The position numbers were made by a program, and so were the translations under genes. A stretch of DNA of 62,121 nucleotides, counting the filler, from Stramenopiles sp. TOSAG23-3 (lineage: Eukaryota): NCBI GenBank assembly GCA_900128585.1. It is 26 parts of 26 records of this genome, joined end to end, with 100 filler letters (N's around TTAATTAATTAA, not from the genome) between each part and the next. Parts side by side here need not be neighbours in the genome. Positions count along the whole stretch, not along the records: positions 1 to 2,306 come from LT644894.1; positions 2,407 to 4,708 come from LT644895.1; positions 4,809 to 7,109 come from LT644896.1; positions 7,210 to 9,508 come from LT644897.1; positions 9,609 to 11,906 come from LT644898.1; 21 more parts are not named here. One strand, 5' to 3'. The notes under the pieces are model-generated. The model was not told where the DNA came from, made no database searches, and saw only the letters and a program-made list of their open reading frames with translations. Numbering within the stretch: the first letter of the stretch is position 1; every line of letters starts with the position of its first letter. This document shows, in pieces, positions 1 to 10,254 of the stretch.

Positions 1-873
1 TCTTCTTCTCTCTTCTTCTCTCTTCTTCTTTCTTCTTCTTTCTTCTTCTCTCACATCTCCTCCTCAATTTTTTTTTTTTTTTCACACAGCAGAAAAGAAA
101 GAAGAAAAGGAATTTTAATTTTTGATGAGATTTTTGTTCTTTTTTTGGTCGGTTACACATTTTGAAATATAAGATGGGCTTAGCATTAGTTTTCTATTTT
201 TTAATTAAGGCATTAATATCCCATAATTATATAGGGTACAATATATATAATATAAATATGATATAACATTGTACCGAATTACTGATATAAAATATTATAT
301 TCCTTAATTAAAAAAATAGAAAACTAAAAAAGCGTTTTTTTAATTCAATGCTATGTAGATACTATACGAACGTATAATTGTGTATCTCGCCCACATCTGT
401 TAGCAGTGCTGCTGTCGTTTTTAAAATAATAATAAATTCTATATTGAAATATATTGACATAGCATAGGGAAAAGGAACCCTCCTCTGCTATAATATTAAT
501 AAGGATGAAGAATCTAACTGTTACAATAAAAAAACAAAACAACAAAAAAATAAATAATAGAAGAATAGAGAGCATTATGTAATATCAAAAAGTAGAAGAC
601 GACTTTACTACTACTACACACAACCAACAACACAAAATAATAATAATAATAACTATCGCGGCTGATCATGTCGAGTCTTTGTATATAGTTTAGCATTATA
701 CGTTTGGTTGAAGCATCATCCGCTTGGAACAATGTGTGTAATTTATTGGTCAGAGCCATAATCTCCGAAAGAAAACATTGTACATTGGTTAACTTGGTAA
801 TACATAACAAAGTTGGACATATTTGAATAGTGGTACGTTTACACAGGAAGAGTAGTTGGTTTGTACGAACAAA

Positions 874-2043
874 ATGGCAGAACCAGTAGTGGAGGACGGG
901 GCCCTTTTCGGAGACACCGAAGCCGAAAAAACAGCAGGTAGCGAAGCAAAAACTAAAGACGAAACGGGCTCTGCAGACAGGAGTGAACCCGCGAAGCCAA
1001 CGGAAGAGCCGACACCTAAAGAAGAACCGACACCAAAAGAGTCACCAAAACCGAAAGAAGAACCGACACCGAAAGAGTCACCAAAACCGAAAGAGTCGCC
1101 AAAACCGAAAGAGTCACCAAAGCCGAAAGAGTCACCAAAACCAAAAGTTGCGACACCGCCACCCAAGTCGCCAAAAACAGAGAGCAAAGGGGCGAACAGG
1201 GTGCCCCTGGAGAGGGTATCAAGGTCAACAACGCCCGAGGTGGAAGACGAAGGACCATCCTTAAGACTGGTCAAAGTGTCGGAGTCTAAGTGGGCAGAAG
1301 TTCCTGTGGTCCATGAAGACGATATCTGCTACGTGTCCCAATCCGACCTAGCCCGCTTGAACGAAATCAAAGAATCGTGGAGGAGCTTGAAGGGGACCAC
1401 GCCACGGCCTGTGGTGTGGGCGATTGGGGACTATGATGACATTGACGGGGACTCGAAAAGAGCGGGGCGTTTGCTTATGATTCGGGGGGTAGGTACTGCT
1501 GTAGGGTTTGGCGATGGCGTCTTAGTCGACAATGGGTTAGATATTGGGGCCTGCGACGTAAAGTTTCCAGAGGAATGTCGGGCTGATTTCCCCCTTGTTG
1601 GGATTTCGCGTGGGGATCTTAAAGGTAAACGCCCCGAAGGACTGCATTGGGGCCACGATCAGCAAATTGTGTTGCTAACCGATCCTGATTATTTTCCGAC
1701 TGCTACGCAACGAATAATTGATGCCATCACGCATACTCGAAAGTGCAAGTGCGTGGTTCTTGTAATGGGAGGCTCCCAGGAAAAACACTTACCCTTTCTT
1801 GACGTTGCCAAGGAGTTCGGCTATCCGATAATTGCTGTAGAGGCTTCGGGAGGACTTGCACGAGAAATAGCAGATGAGTATCGTAACAGAGAAGACCCGG
1901 AAGCGGAAGGCCCTTTGGCTCAACTGGTTGACCCATACCGAGGCGCGAACATAAAAATATTTAACGAAGGTTGCAAGGGGACAGAATTAAACGCGCTTCT
2001 CCATTGCTTCATGTTATCCAATCCGTTCGACTACGACGATTAA
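874..2043 (+). CDS. SLOG-superfamily (LSDAT/TRPM-SLOG-like) protein with N-terminal Pro/Lys/Glu repeats
   Basis: ATG at 874. Motifs PRPVVWAIG, VLVDNGLDIG, FPLVGIS, GLHWGHDQQIVL, CVVLVMGG and PIIAVEASGGLAREIA follow the LSDAT/TRPM SLOG pattern. Confidence 0.7.
   Translation: MAEPVVEDGALFGDTEAEKTAGSEAKTKDETGSADRSEPAKPTEEPTPKEEPTPKESPKPKEEPTPKESPKPKESPKPKESPKPKESPKPKVATPPPKSPKTESKGANRVPLERVSRSTTPEVEDEGPSLRLVKVSESKWAEVPVVHEDDICYVSQSDLARLNEIKESWRSLKGTTPRPVVWAIGDYDDIDGDSKRAGRLLMIRGVGTAVGFGDGVLVDNGLDIGACDVKFPEECRADFPLVGISRGDLKGKRPEGLHWGHDQQIVLLTDPDYFPTATQRIIDAITHTRKCKCVVLVMGGSQEKHLPFLDVAKEFGYPIIAVEASGGLAREIADEYRNREDPEAEGPLAQLVDPYRGANIKIFNEGCKGTELNALLHCFMLSNPFDYDD
1003..1146 (+). repeat. Coding 18-bp tandem repeat x8 (EEPTPK/ESPKPK)
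   Basis: gaagaaccgacaccaaaa / gagtcaccaaaaccgaaa units read directly. Confidence 0.95.
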
Positions 2044-2306
2044 GCTGCAGGGGCGACTTATGGAGCACACATGGAAGAGTAGACAGACAGAAAACTGCTC
2101 CCTCATTTAAAAGTAGTTGAGGGATAGAATAAATTGTATAAAAGCATAAAACGCAGACTGCAGACAACCATAAGGATCTAGAAGTTTATGCGAACTCCTC
2201 CTTTCTTTTTTATGACATTCCACATAAAAAGTTATTTTATTATTACCATCAGTATTAATATTTTTTTATCTTTTTTTTTTAATTTTATGATTGAAGAAGA
2301 AGAAGA

Positions 2307-2406
2307 NNNNNNNNNNNNNNNNNNNNNNNNNNNNNNNNNNNNNNNNNNNNTTAATTAATTAANNNNNNNNNNNNNNNNNNNNNNNNNNNNNNNNNNNNNN
2401 NNNNNN
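2307..2406. other. Artificial contig linker (N44-TTAATTAATTAA-N44), first of 25
   Basis: The same six-frame-stop spacer has its core at 2351, 4753, 7154, 9553, 11951, 14349, 16746, 19143, 21539, 23934, 26328, 28722, 31116, 33509, 35902, 38294, 40685, 43075, 45465, 47854, 50243, 52629, 55014, 57398 and 59782. Spacing falls monotonically from 2402 to 2384, i.e. size-sorted contigs. Confidence 0.99.
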
Positions 2407-2407
2407 G

Positions 2408-4435
2408 CGTAGCGACGAGTCCGTGCAAGAGGGAGCTATGGTTGGCATGTGGAGCGAGGGAACGGAGGAGGCAAAGCAGCGGCTTGTGCCCGACAGTGAT
2501 GCGCAGGGCCAAGGCGGTGGGGTGGCGGAGGGGAGCGCGGAATTGAGCACGACTGTTATCACCAAACCAAACGGAAAAACAAAAACGGCCGTGCACGTTG
2601 CAGTGGTCGGCATCATTCGGCGCAACCTGCGGCCGTACTGCGGGTCCATTTTGGACTCAAGCATCAGGGGCGGGTCCGAGCAGTGCCTTTTCGTGCCGGT
2701 CGACCCCCGAGTCCCTTGCACTTACATTTACACCAGGCAGAGCCAGCAGCTCGTGGGAAAGCGAATTGTCGTCAACATCGACGGGTGGAACGCAAACAGC
2801 GCCTTCCCGTCGGGGCATTATATCCGCACAGTCGGGGATATTGGCGACCGGGAATGCGAAACGCAAGTGCTGCTCATTGAGCACGACATTCCCACGGAAG
2901 AATTTTCGAGGAATGTAATGAAGTGCTTGCCACCCTCCGACTGGGTGGTGACCTCCGAGAACTCTGTAGGACGACTAGACCTTCGCCACCTGCCAGTTTG
3001 CAGTATTGACCCCCCTGGGTGCAAGGACATAGACGACGCCCTTCATTCTCGGCCTCTTCCGAACGGCAACTTGGAGGTAGGGGTGCACATTGCGGACGTT
3101 ACTCATTTCGTCAAGGCCGGAACGGCAATTGACAAGGAAGCCGCCAACCGCTCGACGAGTACGTATTTGGTAGACCGCAGGCTGGATATGTTGCCAGGCC
3201 TGCTGACCACGACGTTGTGCAGTTTGGTGAGTGGCGTGGACCGGTTTGCATTCTCCATAATATGGGAGATGACCCAGGATGGGGAAATTATCAACACAAA
3301 ATTTACAAAGTCTGTAATCCACAGCCAGGCGTCCTTGACGTACGACCAGGCCCAAGACATGCTGGACCACCCAGAGAAAAAGGGCACAATTCCGGACGCC
3401 GTCCGATCTCTGAACAAGATTGCAAAAATTCAACGAAAAAAGAGAATGGACAACGGGGCCCTCACTTTGGCGTCGCCAGAGGTACGTTTTAATCTCGACA
3501 CCGTGACCCAGGATCCCACAGACGTCAAACTTTACGTTTTGAAAGAGGCAAACGCATTAGTGGAAGAATTTATGTTGTTGGGAAACATTTCGGTGGCGAC
3601 GAAGATCGTCAGCGTGTTCCCCCGGTTCTCATTATTGCGTCGACACCCAGAGCCAAACATGCATAATTTCGAAACCCTTGTGGCCGCCGCCGCGCTCGTT
3701 GGCGTGAAAATAGAAGTCGACACTTCAAAGAAGCTGGCAGATTCTTTGGATGCAGCAGTAAAGCCTGAGAATCCTTTCTTCAACAAGCTGATCCGAATCA
3801 TGACTACTCGCTGCATGTCGCAAGCAGTGTATTTCTCTTCAGGAGAGTACTCGTCGTCCGAGTACCGACACTACGGTTTGGCGGCCAACTTGTACACTCA
3901 TTTCACGTCGCCCATTCGTCGGTACGCCGATGTCATTGTCCATAGGTTACTGGCGGCCGCCGTAGGCATTGAGCCGTTGCCGGTGACGTACGAAAGTCGC
4001 TCTGCCATGAGAAAACTCTGCGATAACATGAACAAACGCCACCACATGGCGCAACTTGCAGGGCGATCGTCCGTCGCGCTCCACACGCTGATTTATTTTG
4101 ATGGCCGCCCTACGGTAACGCACGCGAGCGTTTTGAAAGTAAAGGCCGATTCCGTGGTCGTGCTGGTGCCAAAATTCGGAATCGAGGCGGTAATTGCCCT
4201 GAAATGCAACGCGGCAGGGAGTTGCATGGAATATGATTTTGAGGAAGACAAGCTGCTGCTGGTACACCGGAGAGAAAAGGAGAAAAATTTGCAAATTTTT
4301 GACTCCGTGGACGTGAAGATTGAGGTCATAAATAAAGGGTTTCATAGGAAAGAGTTAAAAATAATTCTTCACTGGACACCTAAGCGGGGACTTCAAGCGA
4401 GTACAGCAGCCTCACGGAAGAAAAGAAGAAAGTAA
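2408..4435 (+). CDS. DIS3: Exosome catalytic subunit DIS3/RRP44 (RNB + S1), 5'-partial
   Basis: SIDPPGCKDIDDALH catalytic motif, EVGVHIADV, LVEEFMLL, YTHFTSPIRRYADVIVHRLL and a basic C-terminal NLS. Frame is open from the contig start. Confidence 0.95.
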   Translation, partial: RSDESVQEGAMVGMWSEGTEEAKQRLVPDSDAQGQGGGVAEGSAELSTTVITKPNGKTKTAVHVAVVGIIRRNLRPYCGSILDSSIRGGSEQCLFVPVDPRVPCTYIYTRQSQQLVGKRIVVNIDGWNANSAFPSGHYIRTVGDIGDRECETQVLLIEHDIPTEEFSRNVMKCLPPSDWVVTSENSVGRLDLRHLPVCSIDPPGCKDIDDALHSRPLPNGNLEVGVHIADVTHFVKAGTAIDKEAANRSTSTYLVDRRLDMLPGLLTTTLCSLVSGVDRFAFSIIWEMTQDGEIINTKFTKSVIHSQASLTYDQAQDMLDHPEKKGTIPDAVRSLNKIAKIQRKKRMDNGALTLASPEVRFNLDTVTQDPTDVKLYVLKEANALVEEFMLLGNISVATKIVSVFPRFSLLRRHPEPNMHNFETLVAAAALVGVKIEVDTSKKLADSLDAAVKPENPFFNKLIRIMTTRCMSQAVYFSSGEYSSSEYRHYGLAANLYTHFTSPIRRYADVIVHRLLAAAVGIEPLPVTYESRSAMRKLCDNMNKRHHMAQLAGRSSVALHTLIYFDGRPTVTHASVLKVKADSVVVLVPKFGIEAVIALKCNAAGSCMEYDFEEDKLLLVHRREKEKNLQIFDSVDVKIEVINKGFHRKELKIILHWTPKRGLQASTAASRKKRRK

Positions 4436-4453
4436 GAGAGGATATTAAAGTGT

Positions 4454-4708
4454 AAACAAGAAAATTGGCTGTTATTTAAGTAATTATTAAAGTGTTAAAT
4501 TTATAAATCTAAACACCGATTCGGATCATGCATGGAGTACATCAGGGAATGATAGTCAAGACTACGTGACATGGGTGTAATATTTTGTTTATATCATAGT
4601 AAAATCACAGGAGCAGAGATAACTTCACTCAGTACATGAAGGAACGTAAACCTTTAATTGGACAAAAGGAGCAGATTCGTTTTCGCGGTACACGAGGAAG
4701 ATAAAAAT
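4454..4708 (+). mobile_element. MITE-like dispersed element, copy A (left terminal motif + core, cut by contig end)
   Basis: AAACAAGAAAATTGGCTGTTATTTAAG at 4454-4480. Core blocks 4515-4570 and 4656-4702 are shared with 31381-31545 and 19991-20035. Confidence 0.6.
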
Positions 4709-4808
4709 NNNNNNNNNNNNNNNNNNNNNNNNNNNNNNNNNNNNNNNNNNNNTTAATTAATTAANNNNNNNNNNNNNNNNNNNNNNNNNNNNNNNNNNNN
4801 NNNNNNNN

Positions 4809-7109
4809 CTGAAAATTGATGATCCGTTAGAGGAAGACCCCCCTCAAAAATTATGGGTCCCTCGACAGTGCGATTACAGGTACGTACAAAGAATCCACGG
4901 TATTAACAAGAAGGAATGCCTGGAACATTGTGAAATGGATGTACGCCTGCGCAAGAATTACTCATGGAACCCACGGGACGATGTTTATGGTATGCGCGAT
5001 AAAATGCCTGAATACCAACCGGCCAAGCTCCCCATTACATATACACCACCCAGCTTTTTGGAAGTAAGGGCCCGAACACAAGACAAGTCATTGTATGCAA
5101 AAGTGAAGCACCATGTACATTTATTAAAATCGATGACACGACGCCAAAGGGCCCTGCTGCTGGCATATCAACGCAACAAAGGTGACCTTGCGGGCTTCAT
5201 AGAACTCCCAGGGATAGTTATGCAAGCTGCAACTGATGCAATGGGAGCAGCAAAAGCAAAAGCCAACTTAGCGAATGAGAAAGCGATGGCAATCTTAAAA
5301 GCTGACGCTGAAAGGGCAAAAGCATACGCATTGGCAAAATTAAACAAGTTAATGGGCCCTCACGGAGATGAAAAATACTATGATACTCTGATGCTAAGAA
5401 AAGTTCAGTTTTTTGGGGACCCAGAAAAGGAATTTGACAGAGTGGAAAGGCACCGAGAGGTTTGCAGGACAAAAAAGGCAATGGTGGAGGAGAAAGGGAA
5501 GCTCGGTAAAACAATTCAGGCGGCCGTCGCGCCCCCGCCGCCCCCGCCAAGAGGTGCTAAAGAAGGTGGCACAGGAGAGGCTATAGGAGCAACCCTCGAA
5601 GAGGCTAAGGGAGCGGTCCTCCAAAAGGCACAAATCGCTGCTACTGATGCTGTAGAACGTGTATCCTCTGCTTCATTTTTGGAGACATCAGCCGGTGCTG
5701 CCCTCGGAATGCCGAATAAATACCCAATCATTGAGTATCCGAAAGATGATTGTGAAAAACAATTCACAATATTTCCTCTGGCAATTACACACCGCGATGG
5801 AATATGGCTGAAGCAATTCAAATGGAGTGAAAACCAAATTCCTAGAGGCTACTACAGTGAGCCAAATAAACTACCGATGGAATGGAGAGAAATTATCGGC
5901 AAATGGTACCCAGTATATCAAGGGGAAGAGCTTATACATTGCATGTGGAAAACTGGAACCTGCAGCTTCTGCAATGATACGCAATTGGTGTTTGCTCCAA
6001 AAGAAGAAGTAGGGATAGACGATAAAATGGCCAGCTGCCCTTGGCATGACCCCTGTGGTGGTGGCGTTGGTCTCGGGATGCCAAAAGGTGGCAAAGGTGG
6101 GCTGGGTGCGGGACTTCCCAACGGAGGTTGGGGAGCCCCCAACCCCCACACGCAGCCCCCGCGTTATGGAGACCCACCCCCAGAGGGCGAGCCTGACGAG
6201 TTCTTGGTGCCAGAAATCGTTCATATTGAAGAAGAGGCAACAAAGCGAACCGCCTCGACCACTACAAGGGCGCCCGTTACATTGCCACCAGGGATTAAAG
6301 TGCCAATTGGCGTTACATTGCCACCTAGCATACTGCCACCTAGCAGACCATTGCCACCAAACAGAACTATCCCAAATGGTATTGTGATGCCACCAGGCGT
6401 TACATTGCCACCAACTGTTGAATTACCGCCAGGTGTTACGTTGCCGCCAATGGTTACATTACCACCAAGCTTTACAAAGCCGTCAACTACAACAAAGCCG
6501 GGGGCTGCAACAAAACCGGAGGCTGCAACAAAGCCGGGGGCTGCAACAAAGCCGCGGGCCGGAGCTCCCCTAACAGTAACAAAAACATTGCCAGAACCGT
6601 CGCCATCAATAGAGACGGTAAAAGACAGTGAGTTAAGGACTGAAAAAAATACCACTGTTGTCGAAAGAAATGGGACACTCTATGAGCACATTTCCGAAGC
6701 TTACAAAGCAGACAAACCATTGCTATTGACAGACTCAATAAAGACTTCTCTGCCTGTGATTCAATCAGATGCGAACGATTACAAGCGAGGGTTTCCCCAA
6801 TATATAACAAGATTGAAAATGGACAGGTATAAAATTCCTCCGAATAAAATGCCCCCAGCTCAGCCGGACCCGGATGATGTCGAGTACATGGGAGATTCGG
6901 CAGCCTATCCCAAGGCCCGCTCCCTTGAAGTACAACTCGTCTTGAAGGCCCAAGGTGTTTTTGGCGTGGATTCTCCGGCATTCGAAGAAACCGAAATGCT
7001 TGCACAACAAGTCTTACACGAACAAATAACAGCAAATGACGCGTGGAAGAAGGGGAAAGAATTGTTTCATTCCGCTCCTAAATATAGGGATGAAATGGTA
7101 ATGCACCTC
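4809..7109 (+). CDS. Large uncharacterised Pro-rich protein, partial at both ends
   Basis: Frame open across the whole contig. Contains PPGVTLPP and TKPGAA repeats, a Cys cluster and two SFLE motifs. Confidence 0.8.
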
Positions 7110-7210
7110 NNNNNNNNNNNNNNNNNNNNNNNNNNNNNNNNNNNNNNNNNNNNTTAATTAATTAANNNNNNNNNNNNNNNNNNNNNNNNNNNNNNNNNNN
7201 NNNNNNNNNA

Positions 7211-8482
7211 CGCGAATTGGCCGATTTTCTTAGCATGCTCGACGCGAGGGGAAATGGCATTATAGATGTCCAAATGTTTCTTCAATTTTTGGACATCAAT
7301 ACACATTTGCAGGACGGGGCAGGACAGAAACTCGTAGAATACAGTGTGGACCATGGGCGAAGGGTGGAGGAGTCAAGGCACAAAAGTAAAAAGGAGAAAA
7401 TGATCGGTGATTTTCTACACTCCAGAAGGCGCCCCTTCAACAATGTGTACAAAAATTTTGCAAACACCAATAGCTCAAGGCCGTGGATGGACTTTGAGCG
7501 ATGGATGAGATTCACTCGCAATTCTGGCTTCATAACCGGCTATTTGTCGCGGCGAGACGTCGAGAACGTGTTTTTGAAGCTTAGCCAGACAATGTCGCGC
7601 CCCCGGATCTCCTTTAAATACTGGATTGTAGCGATGAAGAGGTGTGCTGATGTTATGACTGGGCCATACCCAGCTGCGGAGGATAGGTTGGCTTGGCTTT
7701 TTAAGCGAATGACAGAATGCGGACAACGGATTCCTGGGACACCCATGTTCCTTGAGCGAATGATTGGAACCAGAGACGTTCACTATGCCCCCCAGGTACG
7801 TTCGGAAATACCCCGGCAAAGTTTTAGGCCACCGGCAAATGCAGACTTGGAAGCTGCGTCCTTTCCCCCATCATCTATAGATAATCCCCTCAAGCCGCGG
7901 GGAAACCCCTTAGCGGTCAACCCGGACCATATTTATCACATGCATACTCTAAATTTGCACCATCAACGGTCACCCTCATCACGATCCGTAAAGTCAGACC
8001 ACTCATTGTTGCGATCATCGACGCGCGTGATCCAGGCATCACCCATGGATAAACTACCAACCCGGAACATTTCCAAAAATAAACATGAAGCAAGCCTGGA
8101 GGACCTGTCTTCTCGCGAAGTCGCTTCTCTGCGGGCAGCATTGATCGCCGTGGTCAAAGACCCAACGGCATCCTTGCTAAGGAATTTTTTGACACTCAGC
8201 CCATCGCCAGCATTATCATACACTCGATTCACCCGATTAATTCGAGAGTCGCTAAAACGATACGGCCATTCTTTTTCTGGAGCTGAGGCGGCGTATTTGC
8301 TCCGCACCGTTGACCCGCACGGGGATGGAATTATTCATGGCACGAATTTAAAGGCCTTTTTGGGACTGCAAGTTCTTAACTCGCAGCAGTGGGGCAGTCC
8401 GCAGGTGTTAGCAAACAGTGGTGGCAGTCCGAAAAACTCGACAGCCAGTTCTCCTCGCGAAAGGCTTGGTAGACCTTGGTAG
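7211..8482 (+). CDS. EF-hand / p25alpha (TPPP)-like domain protein, 5'-partial
   Basis: EF-like loops LDARGNGIID and VDPHGDGIIH. MDFERWMRFTRNSGFITGYLSRRDVENVFLKL...RISF resembles the p25alpha domain. Confidence 0.55.
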   Translation, partial: RELADFLSMLDARGNGIIDVQMFLQFLDINTHLQDGAGQKLVEYSVDHGRRVEESRHKSKKEKMIGDFLHSRRRPFNNVYKNFANTNSSRPWMDFERWMRFTRNSGFITGYLSRRDVENVFLKLSQTMSRPRISFKYWIVAMKRCADVMTGPYPAAEDRLAWLFKRMTECGQRIPGTPMFLERMIGTRDVHYAPQVRSEIPRQSFRPPANADLEAASFPPSSIDNPLKPRGNPLAVNPDHIYHMHTLNLHHQRSPSSRSVKSDHSLLRSSTRVIQASPMDKLPTRNISKNKHEASLEDLSSREVASLRAALIAVVKDPTASLLRNFLTLSPSPALSYTRFTRLIRESLKRYGHSFSGAEAAYLLRTVDPHGDGIIHGTNLKAFLGLQVLNSQQWGSPQVLANSGGSPKNSTASSPRERLGRPW

Positions 8483-8762
8483 GGAGTAGGGAGAGACTTA
8501 AAATCTCTCTCTACACACAATGTTAAAATTTATTTTCGATTTACAGCAGCGCAAATTGGGATTAATATTATGATATATTATATTGTACACGAGAAGTAAT
8601 TTTTAGATTATCCTAATGATATGATAAGATATTTGATTAATAAATAATAACACTGGGAATTATATGTGATCCTAGGTTTTTGTTTTGTTAAACTAGGAAC
8701 TAGGAAGGAGTACATAATTTTAAAAAAATGCCTAGTTTATTATTTGTTATTAAGCTAAACTT

Positions 8763-9506
8763 TTAGATGCTAGAGCGTGCAAAGTGTTTCGCGAGCATTG
8801 GAAAATCAGCAACCTTCGACGTTTCTGACATTTGTTCCGGGGAAAATTTTCTGAAGAAACTAATCTTGTCTACAAACACTTGCAAATTCTCTTGGTTTTG
8901 AAACTGCGGAGATAAATGCATGGTATGCACTTTTCCGTCTTTGGCTTTCGAAAGAACACCAAGCGATTGAAAATTAGCAATTGCATTGCTAAGTGTATTA
9001 CTAGCACAACACTCATAATGCTCTATGCGCTTATCCCTGAAAAGTGTTTCAGACAACCATTGCGATCGCTCCACCAATGTTTTCGTCTCCATTTTTGTGT
9101 TTGGGACAAGAGCGGTTAAACACATAGCAGCTGCAAAATACCCGTCTACAAACGGCCACACTGTGCTACATAGAAAGCCAAACATTCTTTCTCCATCTGG
9201 GGACAGCCCAACTAGATCATTCTTTAACTGCGAAACTGTAGATTTCGAGGAAGTTTGCGCTGGCTGTACGCCGTGTCGCTTTCGCAGCGCATCATTTTCA
9301 GGTCCGCTAAATGAAGCTCCATGTCCACTCTCCATTGAAAATACACCCCGGTCTATCATTTTCTGCAATACGCGACAGTGCACTTCTCCCAGTTCATCAT
9401 CTGTGGGCGTTACCGTGCGATCCCGCACAAATTCGAAGGACATCAACTTGTCCAAAAATATTACATGCTCCAACAAGGAAGAAACAGAATAAAACCGATT
9501 TTGGCC
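8763..9506 (-). CDS. GPAT/DHAP acyltransferase C-terminal domain, 5'-partial
   Basis: FLCSTVWPFVDGY and EHYECCASNTLSNAIANFQSLGVL resemble the GPAT_C region. Confidence 0.65.
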   Translation of the reverse strand, partial: GQNRFYSVSSLLEHVIFLDKLMSFEFVRDRTVTPTDDELGEVHCRVLQKMIDRGVFSMESGHGASFSGPENDALRKRHGVQPAQTSSKSTVSQLKNDLVGLSPDGERMFGFLCSTVWPFVDGYFAAAMCLTALVPNTKMETKTLVERSQWLSETLFRDKRIEHYECCASNTLSNAIANFQSLGVLSKAKDGKVHTMHLSPQFQNQENLQVFVDKISFFRKFSPEQMSETSKVADFPMLAKHFARSSI

Positions 9507-10254
9507 TTNNNNNNNNNNNNNNNNNNNNNNNNNNNNNNNNNNNNNNNNNNNNTTAATTAATTAANNNNNNNNNNNNNNNNNNNNNNNNNNNNNNNNNNNN
9601 NNNNNNNNGGATCGTGGATTTCTCAATGAACAATGACAGAAATTCAATACAACAGGGTGAAAACGGACGCGATGCGATGGAGAAAAGAAATAGTTGCAAA
9701 CTAAACCCTTTCCTCGTCCTCTCTCTTTCTCATTACAAAAGCATTCTTCTTACAATTCTTTCATTCAATTTTTTACGTCGAAAAAATTTAAAAATGGAAA
9801 TGAAAAGGAACGTTACTATACATAGATAAACATATCAATAAATCGTTTAGAATTGTTTTTAAATCCTAAATAGTACATAGTACGTTAATATCGCGTTATT
9901 GTTAATATAAGAATAGCATTGAACTATCCAAGACGTCCTTCCAAGACTTGAGAATGTATTTTCTTTGATTTGGAGAAAGAGTCGTTTGATGCGAATACGG
10001 ATTGGTTAGAATTAATATTGAAAGATATGTTTTAATTGAATGCGTGGATTGATGGCGTTGGATGGATGGAGTGGAGTGCTTCTTCGAACCAACTTAACAA
10101 ACAGTTGAAGTGAAGAAGTGTGAGTTCTCCACCAGGAGTGTTCGAGTGTTCGTTCTTCGGCTTAAAAAAGAATTTTACGTACTCTTATTTTAACGTATAG
10201 TTTACTATCATATAAATATCCTGTTGTAGATAACTTAAAACGCTTCACATCAAA

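Noticed and set aside
4545-4620. SECIS element in the dispersed repeat (ATGA...AA...GA)
   Set aside because: Adjacent genes show no in-frame Sec TGA, the core lies in opposite orientations relative to neighbouring genes, and no convincing SECIS stem is visible.
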